From: an uncultured Planctomycetaceae bacterium
GTDB lineage: Bacteria > Planctomycetota > Planctomycetia > Isosphaerales > Isosphaeraceae
Reading direction: 5' to 3'
Length of the DNA: 64,000 bases
NCBI GenBank assembly: GCA_963833985.1
Contig: CAWIAD010000002.1
Location: 960,001 to 1,024,000 of the forward strand
The notes beneath the pieces are model-generated. The model saw nothing but the letters and a program-made list of their open reading frames with translations, had not been told where the DNA came from and searched no databases. The stretch's first letter is position 1. Every line of letters begins with the position of its first letter. The translations under genes were made by a program, and so were the position numbers. Positions 23,286 to 34,871 of the stretch are shown here, one piece after another.

Positions 23286-24490
23286 ATGAGCATGCTGGGA
23301 CGCGTTCTGGTCCTTTCCGCCAGCGCCGGGGCGGGACACCTGCGGGCGGCCGACGCGGTGGAGAAGGCCCTGCGCCTCCGCGGGCTCGCATCCGAGGTCG
23401 AGCATCTGGATGTCCTGAAGTACACGAACCACGTCTTTCGGCACCTCTACTCGCGGGCCTACCTCGACCTGGTGAACCGTGCGCCCGAGATCCTGGGATG
23501 GCTGTACGACCATCTCGACGTCCCCGGCCGGAACGATCAGGTCCGGCTGGCCTTCGACCGGCTCAATACCGTTCCGTTTGTCAAGTTCCTCGACCGGTTT
23601 CAGCCGGATGTGACAGTCTGCACCCATTTTCTGCCCTCGGAGATCATCTCCTGGATCAAGTCGGAACATGGTATGAAGATATTGAATTCCGTGGTGGTGA
23701 CGGATCTCGACGTGCACGCGATGTGGCTCTGCCGCCAGTGCGAACAGTACTTCGTGGCCCTCGAGGAGACGCGGGTCCACCTGCTGGCGCTGGGAGTGCC
23801 GGAGAGCCGCGTCACGGTCACGGGCATTCCCATTGACCCGGTGTTCGCGGAAACGAAAGAGGCCGGCGCCATGCGGCGGAAGCATGGGCTCAGGGAAGAC
23901 CTGTTCACGATCCTGGTCGCGGCGGGCGGGTTCGGCGTGGGGCCCGTCGAGCACATCATCGAGGCGCTCTCGGGGCTGTCCAGGCCCGCGCAGGTGGTGG
24001 TGATCTGCGGCCGCAATGATGAGCTGCGCCACGGCTGGACAGCGTGGTCCCCCGGTTCACTCGTACGTCGTGCGTTGCGTTCCACCTCGTCGGCTTCACC
24101 ACCGAGATGGACGAGCTGATGGCCGCCGCTGACCTGTTCGTGGGCAAGCCCGGCGGCTTGACCACCTCCGAGGCGCTCTCCAAGGGATTGCCGATGGTCG
24201 TCATCAACCCCATTCCCGGCCAGGAGGAACGCAACTCCGACCACCTGCTCGAGGAGGGCATCGCGATCCGCTGCAACAACCTTCCCGCCCTGGCGTACAA
24301 GATCGATCGGCTGATCGAGGAGCCGGGCAAGCTCCACCTGATGCGCGGCAATGCGCTGGCTCTGGCCAGGCCCCAGGCGGCCTTCACGATCATCGACCGG
24401 CTCGACGCACTGCGCGCAGCCTCGAAGGGCGCTCCGACACAGCGGCCCGCGCAAACCGAAGTCCGGCCGCCGGCTGGTGTACTGAGCTTG
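23286..24490 (+). CDS. MGDG-synthase/UgtP-like glycosyltransferase (GT28); frameshift at ~24030, true end uncertain
   Basis: SAGAGHLRAA, CTHFLP, VVTD, TGIPI; the second frame carries GFTTEMDELM, KPGGLTTSEAL and PGQEERN. Confidence 0.85.
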
Positions 24491-24504
24491 GGGGTGCGCC
24501 TCGA

Positions 24505-26427
24505 TCACCGCGTCCCCGTTGTGCGGTCCTCTGCACCTTCCCCGCGCCCGCAGCAGCACGGCCGCCGGTCCGGCGAACTCGATCACCGGTGCAGCTTTAC
24601 CCAGGTGCACGCGTGGCGGAGAGCCCGCGGGCGCGAAGGGCGGATCTTCGGTTGTCAGCACAAGGTCCCAGCGCAGGCCGCTCGTCCCCGGAAGATCGCC
24701 CAGCGCGGCCGTGCCGGAGCCTTTGAGCCGGGCGATGAGCCAGAGTGAAGGACCGGCACCGGCACCGGCACCTGCTCCGACGTCGCGTCGCAGGGCGAGC
24801 GAGTTATCATCCAGGAGCACGGCCTGGAAGCTTCCGGGCAGCGACGAACGCAGCGCAGGCTCGCTGCGCCGCAGCCGCAGCAGCGTCTCGTAGAGCCGCA
24901 GTAGCGAAACGCAGGGCTCCTGACCACGCTCCGACCAGTCGAGCTTGCACGACAAGAAAGCCTGCTCGGACTGGCAGTGCGGAATCCGCGCGCGCCGGTC
25001 CGGATCGACGAAGTCCGCGTAATCCCGGAACTCGCGCATGCGGCCCTCGTGCACCAGCCGGCCGAGCTCCGCGGAGTGGTCCGTGAAGAAGACGAAAGGG
25101 GCACTCGCCGCCCATTCCTGGCCCATGAACAGGAGCGGCGTGGCGGGCGTGGCCAGCAACAGGGCCGAGGCCGCCCGGTAAGTCGCCAGGTCTACCTGGT
25201 GGTTGAGCCGCTCGCCCAGGGCCCGGTTGCCGATGCGGTCATGGTTCTGGATATAGAACACGAACTGCCGGGCGCGAGGCCCGACGGGTCGCTACCGCGC
25301 AGGCAGCCGCGGTGAATCGAGTACGCGCCGCAGAAGAGCCAGCCGCGGTTGATCGTCTGGACAAGGTCGGCCAGGATGCCGCGGAAGTCACGGAACGCTC
25401 CCTCGGAGTCGCCGGCGAGGTAACGGCGGAGCTCGTGGTGAAAGTCGTCGGACCAGATGCCGTCGAGCCCCCAGCCTCCCTCGGCGGCCGGCCGGACCAT
25501 CGTCGCCAGGTTCCGCATATCCTCGGCGATGAGGTGGATGGTCCGATCGCGGACCGCGTCACGAACGACCGCGGTGAGCTCGGCCAGGAAGTGCACCGGG
25601 CTGTCGTCGAATAAGCGGTGCGTCGCGTCCAGCCGCAGTCCGTCGAGGTGATACTCCCGCAACCAGTGGATGGCGTTCTCGATGAAGAACGCGCGGACGA
25701 ACTCGCTGCGCGGGCCATCCAGGTTGACGGCCGGGCCCCACGGCGTCCGGTGCACGCTCGAGAAGTAGTCGGCGGAGAACTGCGCCAGGTAGTTGCCGTC
25801 CGGGCCCAGGTGGTTGTAAACGACGTCGAGCAGCACGGCCATGCCCAGCCGATGCGCCGCGTCGACCAGCCGGCGGAGGTCCTCGGGCGTGCCGTAGCAG
25901 CGCGCGGGGGCGAACAGGTCCACACCGTCGTAACCCCAGTTGCGCTCACCGGGGAAATCGGCCACGGGCATGAGCTCGATGGCGGTCACACCCAGATCGG
26001 CAAGCTCAGTGAGCCGGCGCGTCACGCCTTCAAAGGTTCCCTCCGGCGAGAACGTGCCGACGTGCAATTCATAGGTCACCAGGTCCGCCGCGGCCACTCC
26101 GGGCCACTGGTGGTCGCTCCACGCGAAGCCCGCGGGGTCGACGACCTCCGAGGGCCCGTGCACGCCGTCGGGCTGGAATCGCGAGGCGGGGTCGGAGTAG
26201 GGACCCTGGCCATCGAGCCGGTAGCGATAGCGCGCGCCGGCACCGGCGCTCAGTCCGGGGACGAACGCCGTGAACGTGCCGTCGGCGTTCTTCTCCATGG
26301 ACACGACCCACGGCTCTTGCCCGCGCGGCTCGAGCAGCAGGTCGACCGCCCGCGTGTCGGGGGCCCAGACGCGAAAATGGACGCCGCCGGCGCCAGGCCG
26401 GGCGCCCAGGGTCAATTCCCGGATCAT
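24505..26427 (-). CDS. treZ: Malto-oligosyltrehalose trehalohydrolase; frameshifts at ~25270 and probably ~24543
   Basis: FRVWAP, DPASRFQPDGVHGPS, WGYDGV, DGLRLDATH, QNHDRIGNRA and LLFMGQEW. Confidence 0.92.
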
Positions 26428-28324
26428 TGAGGTAATTGCTTGAGGATCAGGACGGCCAGGGGTGGGATGATGAGGTTGAGCGACTGCGGCTGCCGGTTCC
26501 AGCCGATCGGCGCGGGTGTGAGGCCGCCCATGTTGCCGTGGCCCGAGCCGCCGTAGATGGTGGCGTCGCTGTTGAGGATCTCCTGCCAGCGGCCGCCCCG
26601 GGGTACACCCACCCGGAAATTGCGATACACCTCCGCGCTGAAGTTGCAGACCGCGAGCGTGCGGTCCTCCTCACGGGAACCCTTGCGCAGGAAGGTCAGC
26701 ACGCGCTCACGCGGGCTGTCAGCCTCGATCCAGGCAAAGCCGTCGGAGCGGCAATCCTGCTCGTGCAGCGCCGGCTCGGCCCGGTACTGGGTGTTCAGAT
26801 CTCGCACCCAGCGCTGGATCCCGCGGTGCCCTGGGTCGTGCAGCAGGTGCCAGTCCAGGCTGCCGTGGATCGACCACTCCTGCCACTGGCCGAACTCGTC
26901 GCCCATGAACAGGAGCTTCTTGCCGGGCAAGGCGAACATGTAGCCGTAGAGTAGCCTCAGGTTGGCCCGCTTTTCCCAATCTTCTCCGGGCATTCGTGCC
27001 AGGAGCGACTGGTTCCCGGGGCTGGCGTCGTCGTGCGAGAGCGGCAGGAGGTAGTTCTCGTTGAACGCGTAGTGCATGCGGAAAAGCAGCCGGGAATGGG
27101 CCTCCGACCGCTTCCCGGGCGGCAGCGTCATGTACTGACCGAGCGTGTCGTGCACCCAGCCCATGTCCCATTTGTAGTCGAAGCCAAGGCCGCCGGAGTG
27201 CACCGGGCGGGTGATGTCGGGGCGGGCGGAAGCGTCCTCGGCGAAGGTGAGCGTGCCTGGAAAACGCTCGTGCACCGTGCGGTTGACGTTCCTGAGGAAC
27301 TCGATGGCCGCGATGTTCTCGTTGCCGCCGAACCGGTTTGGCTCCCACTCGCCCGGCTGACGGCGGAAGTCCAGCCGGATCATCGACTCCACGCCGTCCA
27401 CCCGCAGGCCGTCGAAGTGGTACCTGTCCAGCCAGAAGAGCGCGTTGGAGGTCAAGAAGTTGACCACCATCGGGTTCTCGTAGTTGAATGCGTATGTGTT
27501 CCAGACGGGCAGCTTCCGGCGCCGGTGGTCGGCGGGCTCGTAGAGCGGCATGCCGTCGAACTCGGCCAGGCCATGCGGGTCGGTGGCGAAGTGGCCGGGA
27601 ACCCAGTCGAGGATGACCCCGATGTCCCGCTGGTGCAGCGTATCCACGAGGAACATCAGGTCCTGGGGGTTGCCGTGGCGGCCCGTTGGGGCGAAGAAGC
27701 CAGTCACCTGGTAGCCCCAGGATTCCACCGCGGGGTGCTCGGCCACGGGCAAGAGTTCGACGTGAGTGAAGCCCATTTCCAGGCAGTAGTCGGCCAGCCT
27801 GGGAGCGATCTCGCGGTAAGTGAGCGGCCGGTTTCCCTCCTCTGGCACGCGCATCCAGCTTCCCAGGTGCAGTTCGTAGATCGTGATCGGGGCGGTGATC
27901 GACTGGCGGGCGGGTCGATGCCTCAGCCACTCCTGGTCGCCCCACGCGTCGTACGAGGCGTCCCAGACCATGCTCGCGTTCCGGGGCGGGACCTCCGCGG
28001 CGAAGGCATAGGGGTCGGCCCGGTCGAACCGCGATGAGCTGTCAGGAGCAAGGATTGAGTACTTGTAAATCGCTCCCTGGCCCACCCCCGGAACGTAGCC
28101 CGTCCAGACGCCGCTGGCGCCGCGGGCCGCGAGCGGATGCACCGAGGGGTTCCAGCCGTTGAAATCGCCAATCACCGAGACCGCGCGCGCCGAGGCGCCC
28201 AGACGGCGAAGTGGGTTCCCGATGCGCCGCTCTCGCGCAGCACGTGCGCCCCCAGCTTCTCGTAGCTGTGATCGTGCGTCCCCTCGCAGATCAGCCGCAG
28301 ATCGGTGTCGCTCAGGATGGTCAT
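26424..28324 (-). CDS. glgB: 1,4-alpha-glucan branching enzyme; frameshift at ~28192
   Basis: YEKLGAH...FAVWAP, GDFNGW, SWGYQ, DGLRVDG and LPLSHD. Confidence 0.93.
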
Positions 28325-28343
28325 GGGTTCCCCACGCTTGGCC

Positions 28344-30374
28344 CTACATGAAGTAATCAAAATCGTGCTCCGTGCGGATCTTGCGGCGCATGCGCAGGAT
28401 GTGCACGGGGTTGACCCTGGGGTCGAGCTCCACGTAATTGGTCAGCCCCTGCCAGAGGAAGCGCTCGTCGCTGATCAGCTCGTGCACCTGGTACGTCTCG
28501 GACTGGCTCGAGCCCAGGTGCAGCTCGTGGACCGGCAGCTTCAGCCAGCCGGACTGCTTGTGGTACGGGTCCAGGTTCACCACCACGAAGACCAGGTTCG
28601 ACATGTCCGGCGTGGACTTGCCGTAGCAGAGGATCGCGTCGTTGTCGATCTCGAAGAAGCGGAGGTTACGGGTGTCGTGCAGCGCGGGGTTCTCGCGGCG
28701 GATCTGGTTCACCCGTGCGATGTAGTCGCGCAGGCTCCAGGGTACGTCCAGGTTCCAGTGCGAGATCTGGTATTTTTCGGAATCAAGGTACTCTTCCGAC
28801 CCCGGCCGCACCGGCGTGCCCACGCACTGCTCGAACACCGGCCCGTAGATGCCGTAGCTTGCCCCCAGCGTGGCCGCGAGCACCAGGCGGATGATGAATG
28901 CGGGCCGGCCGCCGACCTGGAGCGACTCGGGGTTGATGTCCGGCGTGTTGGCGAACAGGTTCCCACGCATGTACTCGGCTGATTCCGACTTCGTCAGCTC
29001 GGTGAGGTATTCGGTCAGCTCCCACTTGCTGTTCCGCCAGGTGAAATAGGTGTATGACTGCGAGTATCCCCCCTTGGCCAGCCGGCGCATCACCTTCGGG
29101 CGCGTGAACGCCTCGGACAGGAAGATCGCGTCGGGATGCCGGTTCCACACCTCCTGGATGACCCAGTCCCAGAACTCGAAGGGCTTGGTGTGCGGGTTGT
29201 CCACCCGGAAGATTGACACTCCATGGCCGATCCAGAACAGGAAGACGTCGCGTAGCTCGGACCAGAGGCCGCGGGCGTCGGCGCACTCGAAATCGAGCGG
29301 ATAGATGTCCTGGTATTTCTTGGGCGGGTTCTCAGCGTACTTGATGGTTCCGTCGGGACGGTGGCGGAACCAGCCGGGATGCTCGCGCACGTAGGGATGG
29401 TCGGGCGAGCACTGGAACGCGATGTCCAGCGCGATCTCGATGCCAAGGCCGCGCGCCCTGGCCACCAGGCGGTCAAAGTCGTCGAATGTCCCCAGCGCGG
29501 GATGGATCGCCTTGTGGCCCCCTTCCGGTCCGCCGATCGCCCATGGGCTGCCCGGGTCATCGGGTCCCGGAGTCAGCGTGTTGTTCGGCCCCTTCCTGAA
29601 GGCGCGTCCGATGGGGTGGATCGGGGGCAGGTAGAGCACGTCGAAGTTCATCTCGGCCACGTAAGGCAGCCGCGCCTCGACGTCGCGGAAGGTCCCGTGG
29701 CGGCCCGGCTCGGGCGCCGCCGAGCGCGGGAACATCTCGTACCAGGCCCCGAACCTGGCCCGCTCGCGCTCCACCATGATCCGCAGAGTCCGCCCGTACT
29801 GGCGGGCACCGGCGCGGTCGGGAGAGCGGGCCATCCGTTCCACCAGGTCCTGCTCCAGGCCCGCCCGTACTCGCGCCGGCTGACCTTCGGTACCGGCCAG
29901 GAACCTTGCCCGCTCGCGGAGCCATTCAGCGTCTTCCCCGCCGGCGCGCCCGGCGGCCTCGCGGACGAGCTGCGCCCCTTCCAGGAGCTCGCTGCCGAGC
30001 TCCTGCTGCCCGGCCTCGTGCTTCTTGATCAGCTCCTTGTGCCAGGTCACGTAGCGGTCAACTCGCGCCTCGATCGTATATTCATGCCAGCCCTGCCGCT
30101 CGACTGTGAACCGGCCCGTCCAGCGGTCATTGGACAGCAGGGTCATGGGAATCTCAACCCACTGCGGGGACGTGGCATCCTTGTGCTTCAGTGTTGCCAC
30201 GATCGAATCATGCCCGTCGGTGAAGATATCGGCAGAGACCACCACCTCCTCGCCGACGGTGCGCTTGATCGGGAACTGACCGCAATCAATTTCAGGCGAC
30301 ACTCCTTCGATGATCACCCGCGACCAGTCCCGTTCCCGCGGCGCGGCGGACCGCTCTACTGCTGCCGACGTCAT
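28344..30374 (-). CDS. glgE: Alpha-1,4-glucan:maltose-1-phosphate maltosyltransferase
   Basis: WYEMFPRS, PPIHPIG, YAENPPKKYQDIYP, FRVDNPHTKP and SQSYTYFTWR. Confidence 0.96.
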   Translation of the reverse strand: MTSAAVERSAAPRERDWSRVIIEGVSPEIDCGQFPIKRTVGEEVVVSADIFTDGHDSIVATLKHKDATSPQWVEIPMTLLSNDRWTGRFTVERQGWHEYTIEARVDRYVTWHKELIKKHEAGQQELGSELLEGAQLVREAAGRAGGEDAEWLRERARFLAGTEGQPARVRAGLEQDLVERMARSPDRAGARQYGRTLRIMVERERARFGAWYEMFPRSAAPEPGRHGTFRDVEARLPYVAEMNFDVLYLPPIHPIGRAFRKGPNNTLTPGPDDPGSPWAIGGPEGGHKAIHPALGTFDDFDRLVARARGLGIEIALDIAFQCSPDHPYVREHPGWFRHRPDGTIKYAENPPKKYQDIYPLDFECADARGLWSELRDVFLFWIGHGVSIFRVDNPHTKPFEFWDWVIQEVWNRHPDAIFLSEAFTRPKVMRRLAKGGYSQSYTYFTWRNSKWELTEYLTELTKSESAEYMRGNLFANTPDINPESLQVGGRPAFIIRLVLAATLGASYGIYGPVFEQCVGTPVRPGSEEYLDSEKYQISHWNLDVPWSLRDYIARVNQIRRENPALHDTRNLRFFEIDNDAILCYGKSTPDMSNLVFVVVNLDPYHKQSGWLKLPVHELHLGSSQSETYQVHELISDERFLWQGLTNYVELDPRVNPVHILRMRRKIRTEHDFDYFM

Positions 30375-30772
30375 CACTGCTCCTCCGCCCTGGCAATTCC
30401 GGCGGGCTGTGACGACTTTTTCGGGCCCGTCGTCCACCCGCCGGAGTCTCGTTCACGGCCGCACCTGCCAGAAGAATCACATTCGCATCGGAATGTCCAT
30501 GGTCTGCCCTCGGAACTCCCGGCAACCGGCACGCGACCCGTCCTGTCGGGCGCACTTTCCGAGGAACCGCCACAACTCCGGCGTTGGGCCTGGATGGCCG
30601 GAGCATATTTTACCCTGGAGACGAGAAACGGTCATCAAACCGCGTGCCGCGGCGCTTGAGGATGCGCGCGCGGCGATACGGGCCCGGCGGGCCGTGGTGG
30701 CGAGGACGATCGGTCGGCAGCAGCCGGTGAAGGCGAGGGATGCGGCCGTGAGCGGTCCGGATCACCGGCTCA

Positions 30773-31981
30773 TCACGCCGGATGGAGCTCGATCTTCCGG
30801 CCGGCCAGGCCGAGATTCTCGTCCACGTGGGCTTCGTCCCAGAGGTTGGAGATCACCGCCGAGATCCGCGGGTCCTGAAGCGCCCAGAGATAGGCCTTGA
30901 GCGGCGGCTTCAGGTCGCCCGGCACCACCTGCTCCACCTTCGCCACCCGCCACGAGGGAACCGGTTGCAGGCGCTTGTGGTGCGTGGCCACGGCATGCGC
31001 CGCCTTCATGGCGATGACCCCCAGGCCCTTCTCCGCCGCGCGGCCCAGGGATCCGTTCACGTAACCACCGTTGATGACATTATAGGCCACCATGGCCGCG
31101 TCGTAGCAACCCGCATCAGCAGCCGCGTCCAGCACCCCGGCCGGGTCGTTGTGCGAGGTCAGGCCCAGGAACCGGACCTTCCCCTGGCGCTTCAGCTCGC
31201 GGAGGACTTCGACCACGGCCGGCGCGGCGAGATCCTCGGCGAGGTCGGCGCCGTGGGGACACATGAGCAGATCGAAGTGGTCGGTTCCCACCCGCTTGAG
31301 GCTGCCCTCGATCGAGTCCATGATCGCCTGCCGCACTTCCCGGCTGCCCTCCACCCGCTCTCCGAACCCGGGCCGCATCGCCGCGCACAGGTAGGCCGAC
31401 GCGAATGCCCCTTGCTGGCCTGGAAAATAAGTGAGGAAGTAGCCGGGGTTCTCCAGCCGCCGGCGCTGCTTGATCTCCTGAGCCTTGCGGCGGATCGCCT
31501 CTTGCTGAAGCCCGGGCAGACCGTCGAGGACTTGCTTGTACAGGCGGGTTCGGACCCGGTTGAAGTCGCTGACCTTGGTGGTCAGGAACACCTTCTCACG
31601 CTTCGACGGCGAGCCGGCCAGGAGCTTTCCATACGCGCGTTCGGTGTCGCCGTTGTTGTAGGCGGGGGCCATGTCCAGGTAGTTCAACCCGCGCTCGATG
31701 GCCCGTTCCAGATGCTTGTAGTTCTGAAGAGTGATCGGGTCACCCCCGCAGACAACCTCGGAGATCATCATGCCGGTGCGGCCGAGCCGGCGGTACGCCA
31801 TGCCCGGCTGCTGGTTCCGGCATTCGCCCGACCCATCGCCGGGAGACCGCCCAGGATCCTGGCGATTTCCGGCGTTCGCCGTCGACCCGACTGCCAGTGC
31901 CAGCGCCGCGGTGCCGGCACGGAGAAACTCGCGCCGGGTGTCCTGCGAATCGTCCCTGGCCGACCGATCGTTCATCTCCAT
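30773..31981 (-). CDS. Tat-exported aldo/keto reductase
   Basis: TRREFL Tat motif; YRRLGRTG, LDMAPAY, SLKRVGTDHFDL and GKVRFLG. Confidence 0.88.
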   Translation of the reverse strand: MEMNDRSARDDSQDTRREFLRAGTAALALAVGSTANAGNRQDPGRSPGDGSGECRNQQPGMAYRRLGRTGMMISEVVCGGDPITLQNYKHLERAIERGLNYLDMAPAYNNGDTERAYGKLLAGSPSKREKVFLTTKVSDFNRVRTRLYKQVLDGLPGLQQEAIRRKAQEIKQRRRLENPGYFLTYFPGQQGAFASAYLCAAMRPGFGERVEGSREVRQAIMDSIEGSLKRVGTDHFDLLMCPHGADLAEDLAAPAVVEVLRELKRQGKVRFLGLTSHNDPAGVLDAAADAGCYDAAMVAYNVINGGYVNGSLGRAAEKGLGVIAMKAAHAVATHHKRLQPVPSWRVAKVEQVVPGDLKPPLKAYLWALQDPRISAVISNLWDEAHVDENLGLAGRKIELHPA

Positions 31982-32013
31982 GGCTCTCTCCTCGCGGTGA
32001 CGGCGTCAGTCCA

Positions 32014-32037
32014 CCAGGCCCAGGCCCAGGCCCAGGC
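32014..32037 (+). repeat. (CCAGGC)4 hexamer repeat
   Basis: Four perfect copies upstream of the aldo/keto reductase gene. Confidence 0.75.
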
Positions 32038-32463
32038 CAGCCCGGCTTCCCTGTAAGCGAAGTACCGGCAGCATGCGGGCAAGACTCTCTCAACTTGCGG
32101 GAAAGATCCGTTTCACAACGAACCTCTTGCCGGCAGCAAGCTCCCATCATGATAGCCGGTAACTGCAATTACCAGGCCGAGGGCCGGCCCCAGGCCAGCT
32201 CCGCCGGCAACCGAAGCGTCAGGAAATGGATCGGCAAGCAGGCGCCCAGCGTCATCAGGTCGTCGGGGCCCATGAGCTCCATCCCCATGCCCAGGAAATG
32301 GGCGAAGTGGCATAATGAAAAATCCGTCGAGGGAGCGATCGCGATGTCGATCGTTCCTCGCGGAGCTTGCAAATCGTCGACGACCCCGCGTGTCGGCGGC
32401 TGGCCCGGGCCGACGCCTGCATACCCGGACCCATCCGGACCGCGAACGTCCGGAGCCTTCAGC

Positions 32464-34080
32464 ATGGACACTGTTGCCACGACCACGAGCGTCCCGTTCA
32501 GGAACCTGGAGCAGCTGGCACACCGCAGCCAGGCCTTCCTGCTGCGCTGGGAGACCGAGTTCACGCCCTGCACGGGGATCACCGCGGTCACCCGCCAGGA
32601 GCGGCACTCATTCCGGCACCGGGGCGTGATGATCGCACCCTGGCAGGCGCGCATGCCGGCGGCGAGGGCCGCACTGGAGAAAGGCCACGTCGTGGACGCG
32701 GGTGCGCCGTTCCTGATGACCGGACCCTGCGCCCACGGCACGATGGTCCAGGTACTGATGACGCCGCCCGGTGAGCTGATGCCCGTGGTTTACCTGGCGG
32801 TCGAGGGGGCGTTCCAGGGCTTGCCGACGCCCTATGCCACGCCCGGCCTGGCGTGCGACACGCTGGTCTTCGGAGCCGCGGTCGCGGAGCTTTTGTACCG
32901 GATGGGCGCCTCGAGCCGCCAGTTCGTTTGGGGTGCGGACTGGCAAACGGTGCCGGCCTTGATCCGGCTGCACGGGCGCCACCATACCGTGCTGACCCTG
33001 CATAACGAGTTCGACGCCTGGCTGGCACGTGAGGCGGAGGAGCACGGGGGTGGGCTCTATCCTCAGCTTCGCGGCAAGGAGACGGCGCTGCGGATCGGGC
33101 TGAAGCTGGTCGATGTGGCGACCACCGTGAACCGAGGCTATGCGCGTGGGCTCCGCACCGAACCCATCCACACCCAGGTCATGGCCCATCACCTCCAAGA
33201 CCTGGTGCGGAGGATCGTCCCCGTCGAGAACGCGAATTTCCTCTCGCTGAGCGCGGAGCACCGGTCGCTCGAGGCCCTGCTGGCGAGCGATCAGGGGGCG
33301 GGCCTGAAGTCGCTCGAGGCCAGCCAGCGGCAGGCGCGCTCCGGGCTTCCGGAAGCGGTCCGGGCGCGCCTGGGCGATGGCGTGCTCATCGTGGCGATGG
33401 GACGGCTGGCCGCCCAGAAGCTCCACGAGGTCATCACTGAGGGGGTGCGCCTGCTGCTCCGCCGGCACCCGGACCTGCCGCTCTTCGTCTTCTTCGCGAC
33501 TGTGTCGGGAGAGTCCGGCGATCTCAGCCGGCTGGAACGGATCCGCTTCCTGGCCCAGGAGTTTCCGGACCAGGTGCACTTCACGGACGGACGCCTGGAG
33601 TATTACGAAACGCTCATGCGCGCAGCGGATTACAACGCGATGACAAGCCTCTACGAGCCGCACGGGGGGGCCTTCGAGGGCGCGGTGGTGCCGATCGTCC
33701 GGCTCATTGACGGCCTGGCCTGCCAGGTGAATGCCCTGGAGCCGACGGGGCGGGCCGTGCCGGTGAACACGATCTGGCACGACCCCTGGGAGCTGCCCTC
33801 CGGCCTCGGGTTCCGCGAGCCGATCACGCCGACCGAGGTGGAAGACCTGCGTGCGCTACTGACCGGCGCGCTGGCGCCGGACAACCTGACCTTCCGCGCC
33901 ATGGTCGCCTCGTTCGCGGAGGTGCTGCACACCGCGGTGCTCATTCGCCGCCAGCGGCCCGAGGCTTACGCCCGGCTCGTCCAGGGCGCGCTGCGGGCGC
34001 AGATGGATCGCGACTGGATCGTCCAGCTCGGCGGCATTCTGGCCCTGGTGGAAGAAGCGCGCCTGCGACGGACGCTCTAG
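32464..34080 (+). CDS. Divergent glycogen-synthase-like GT-B glycosyltransferase (GT5-like)
   Basis: ADWQT, LTLHN, TTVNRGYA, MGRLAAQK, TSLYEPHG and PIVRLIDGL parallel the GlgA motifs. Confidence 0.7.
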   Translation: MDTVATTTSVPFRNLEQLAHRSQAFLLRWETEFTPCTGITAVTRQERHSFRHRGVMIAPWQARMPAARAALEKGHVVDAGAPFLMTGPCAHGTMVQVLMTPPGELMPVVYLAVEGAFQGLPTPYATPGLACDTLVFGAAVAELLYRMGASSRQFVWGADWQTVPALIRLHGRHHTVLTLHNEFDAWLAREAEEHGGGLYPQLRGKETALRIGLKLVDVATTVNRGYARGLRTEPIHTQVMAHHLQDLVRRIVPVENANFLSLSAEHRSLEALLASDQGAGLKSLEASQRQARSGLPEAVRARLGDGVLIVAMGRLAAQKLHEVITEGVRLLLRRHPDLPLFVFFATVSGESGDLSRLERIRFLAQEFPDQVHFTDGRLEYYETLMRAADYNAMTSLYEPHGGAFEGAVVPIVRLIDGLACQVNALEPTGRAVPVNTIWHDPWELPSGLGFREPITPTEVEDLRALLTGALAPDNLTFRAMVASFAEVLHTAVLIRRQRPEAYARLVQGALRAQMDRDWIVQLGGILALVEEARLRRTL

Positions 34081-34262
34081 AACGCTTGGTAGGCTGTGAG
34101 AAGATTTCCTGGAGATGGACCGCCAGCTATGCCAGAATTGGCATGACATGAATCACGGCGAGACCGAGCAACCAGAGCCGCTTTTTCGCCGCGTTGCGGC
34201 TCGGAATCGAGGAGGTGCATCGGAAAACTGCTCTTAGAATCGCTAACAGATCGACATCTGTA

Positions 34263-34323
34263 GGGAGGGCGAGGCTCCTGCCGAGCCGGATGAGAACGGG
34301 CTCGGCTGGAGCCTCGCCCTCCC
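34263..34323. repeat. REP-like extragenic palindrome
   Basis: GGGAGGGCGAGGCTCCTGCCGAGCC...GGCTCGGCTGGAGCCTCGCCCTCCC; 25-bp arms with one mismatch. Confidence 0.8.
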
Positions 34324-34515
34324 GAAAACTCCTTTTGCTACTGTTTCTAAGCAACCGTGGTTCCCCGATGCCGACGCCTGAGCGCGACCCTTCATCAGTG
34401 AGTTTCTAAGCCTTGTAAGGGTAATACTGATCGTGCAACGCTGTAGCTCTACGGCTGCGTCGGGTGGGCGCCGCGTCCGCAAGCGCGTCCGGTTCGCCGA
34501 TGCCATCGGCTCTTA

Positions 34516-34869
34516 TCAAGGTGCTGGAGAGCCGTGCTCGCCAGATTGTGACGATTTATGCCGGAGGGGCATGAAGCGAATCTCAACCCGTCGGCCGAGG
34601 GCGGCGGCGATCCGGCGGAGCATCGGCAGGGAATGGCCTTCGTAGTCGGCATCCTCCAGGCGGCAGATGACGGAGGCGGTCGTGCCGACCAGCTTGGCGA
34701 GTTCCCGCTGGCTGAGGCCCGCCTGGGTGCGGAGCTGGAGAATCTTACGGGCTACTTCGTCATCGGCCCTGGCCTCTTCCAAGGCGGCGATTCGCTCCGG
34801 CTTACCTTCGTAGTAGCCGCGATGCATGATTTCGATAGCATCGCTGGTCGGTAGGCGTTTCTTCGACAT
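34516..34869 (-). CDS. XRE-family HTH antitoxin (HigA-like)
   Basis: LRTQAGLSQRELAKLVGTTASVICRLE; directly follows the toxin gene. Confidence 0.88.
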   Translation of the reverse strand: MSKKRLPTSDAIEIMHRGYYEGKPERIAALEEARADDEVARKILQLRTQAGLSQRELAKLVGTTASVICRLEDADYEGHSLPMLRRIAAALGRRVEIRFMPLRHKSSQSGEHGSPAP

Positions 34870-34871
34870 AA

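Noticed and set aside
23600..24748. Long natural overlap between treZ and the GT28 gene
   Set aside because: The treZ read-through is explained by a probable indel at ~24543 that bypasses a stop at 24505; the GT28 end is likewise uncertain.
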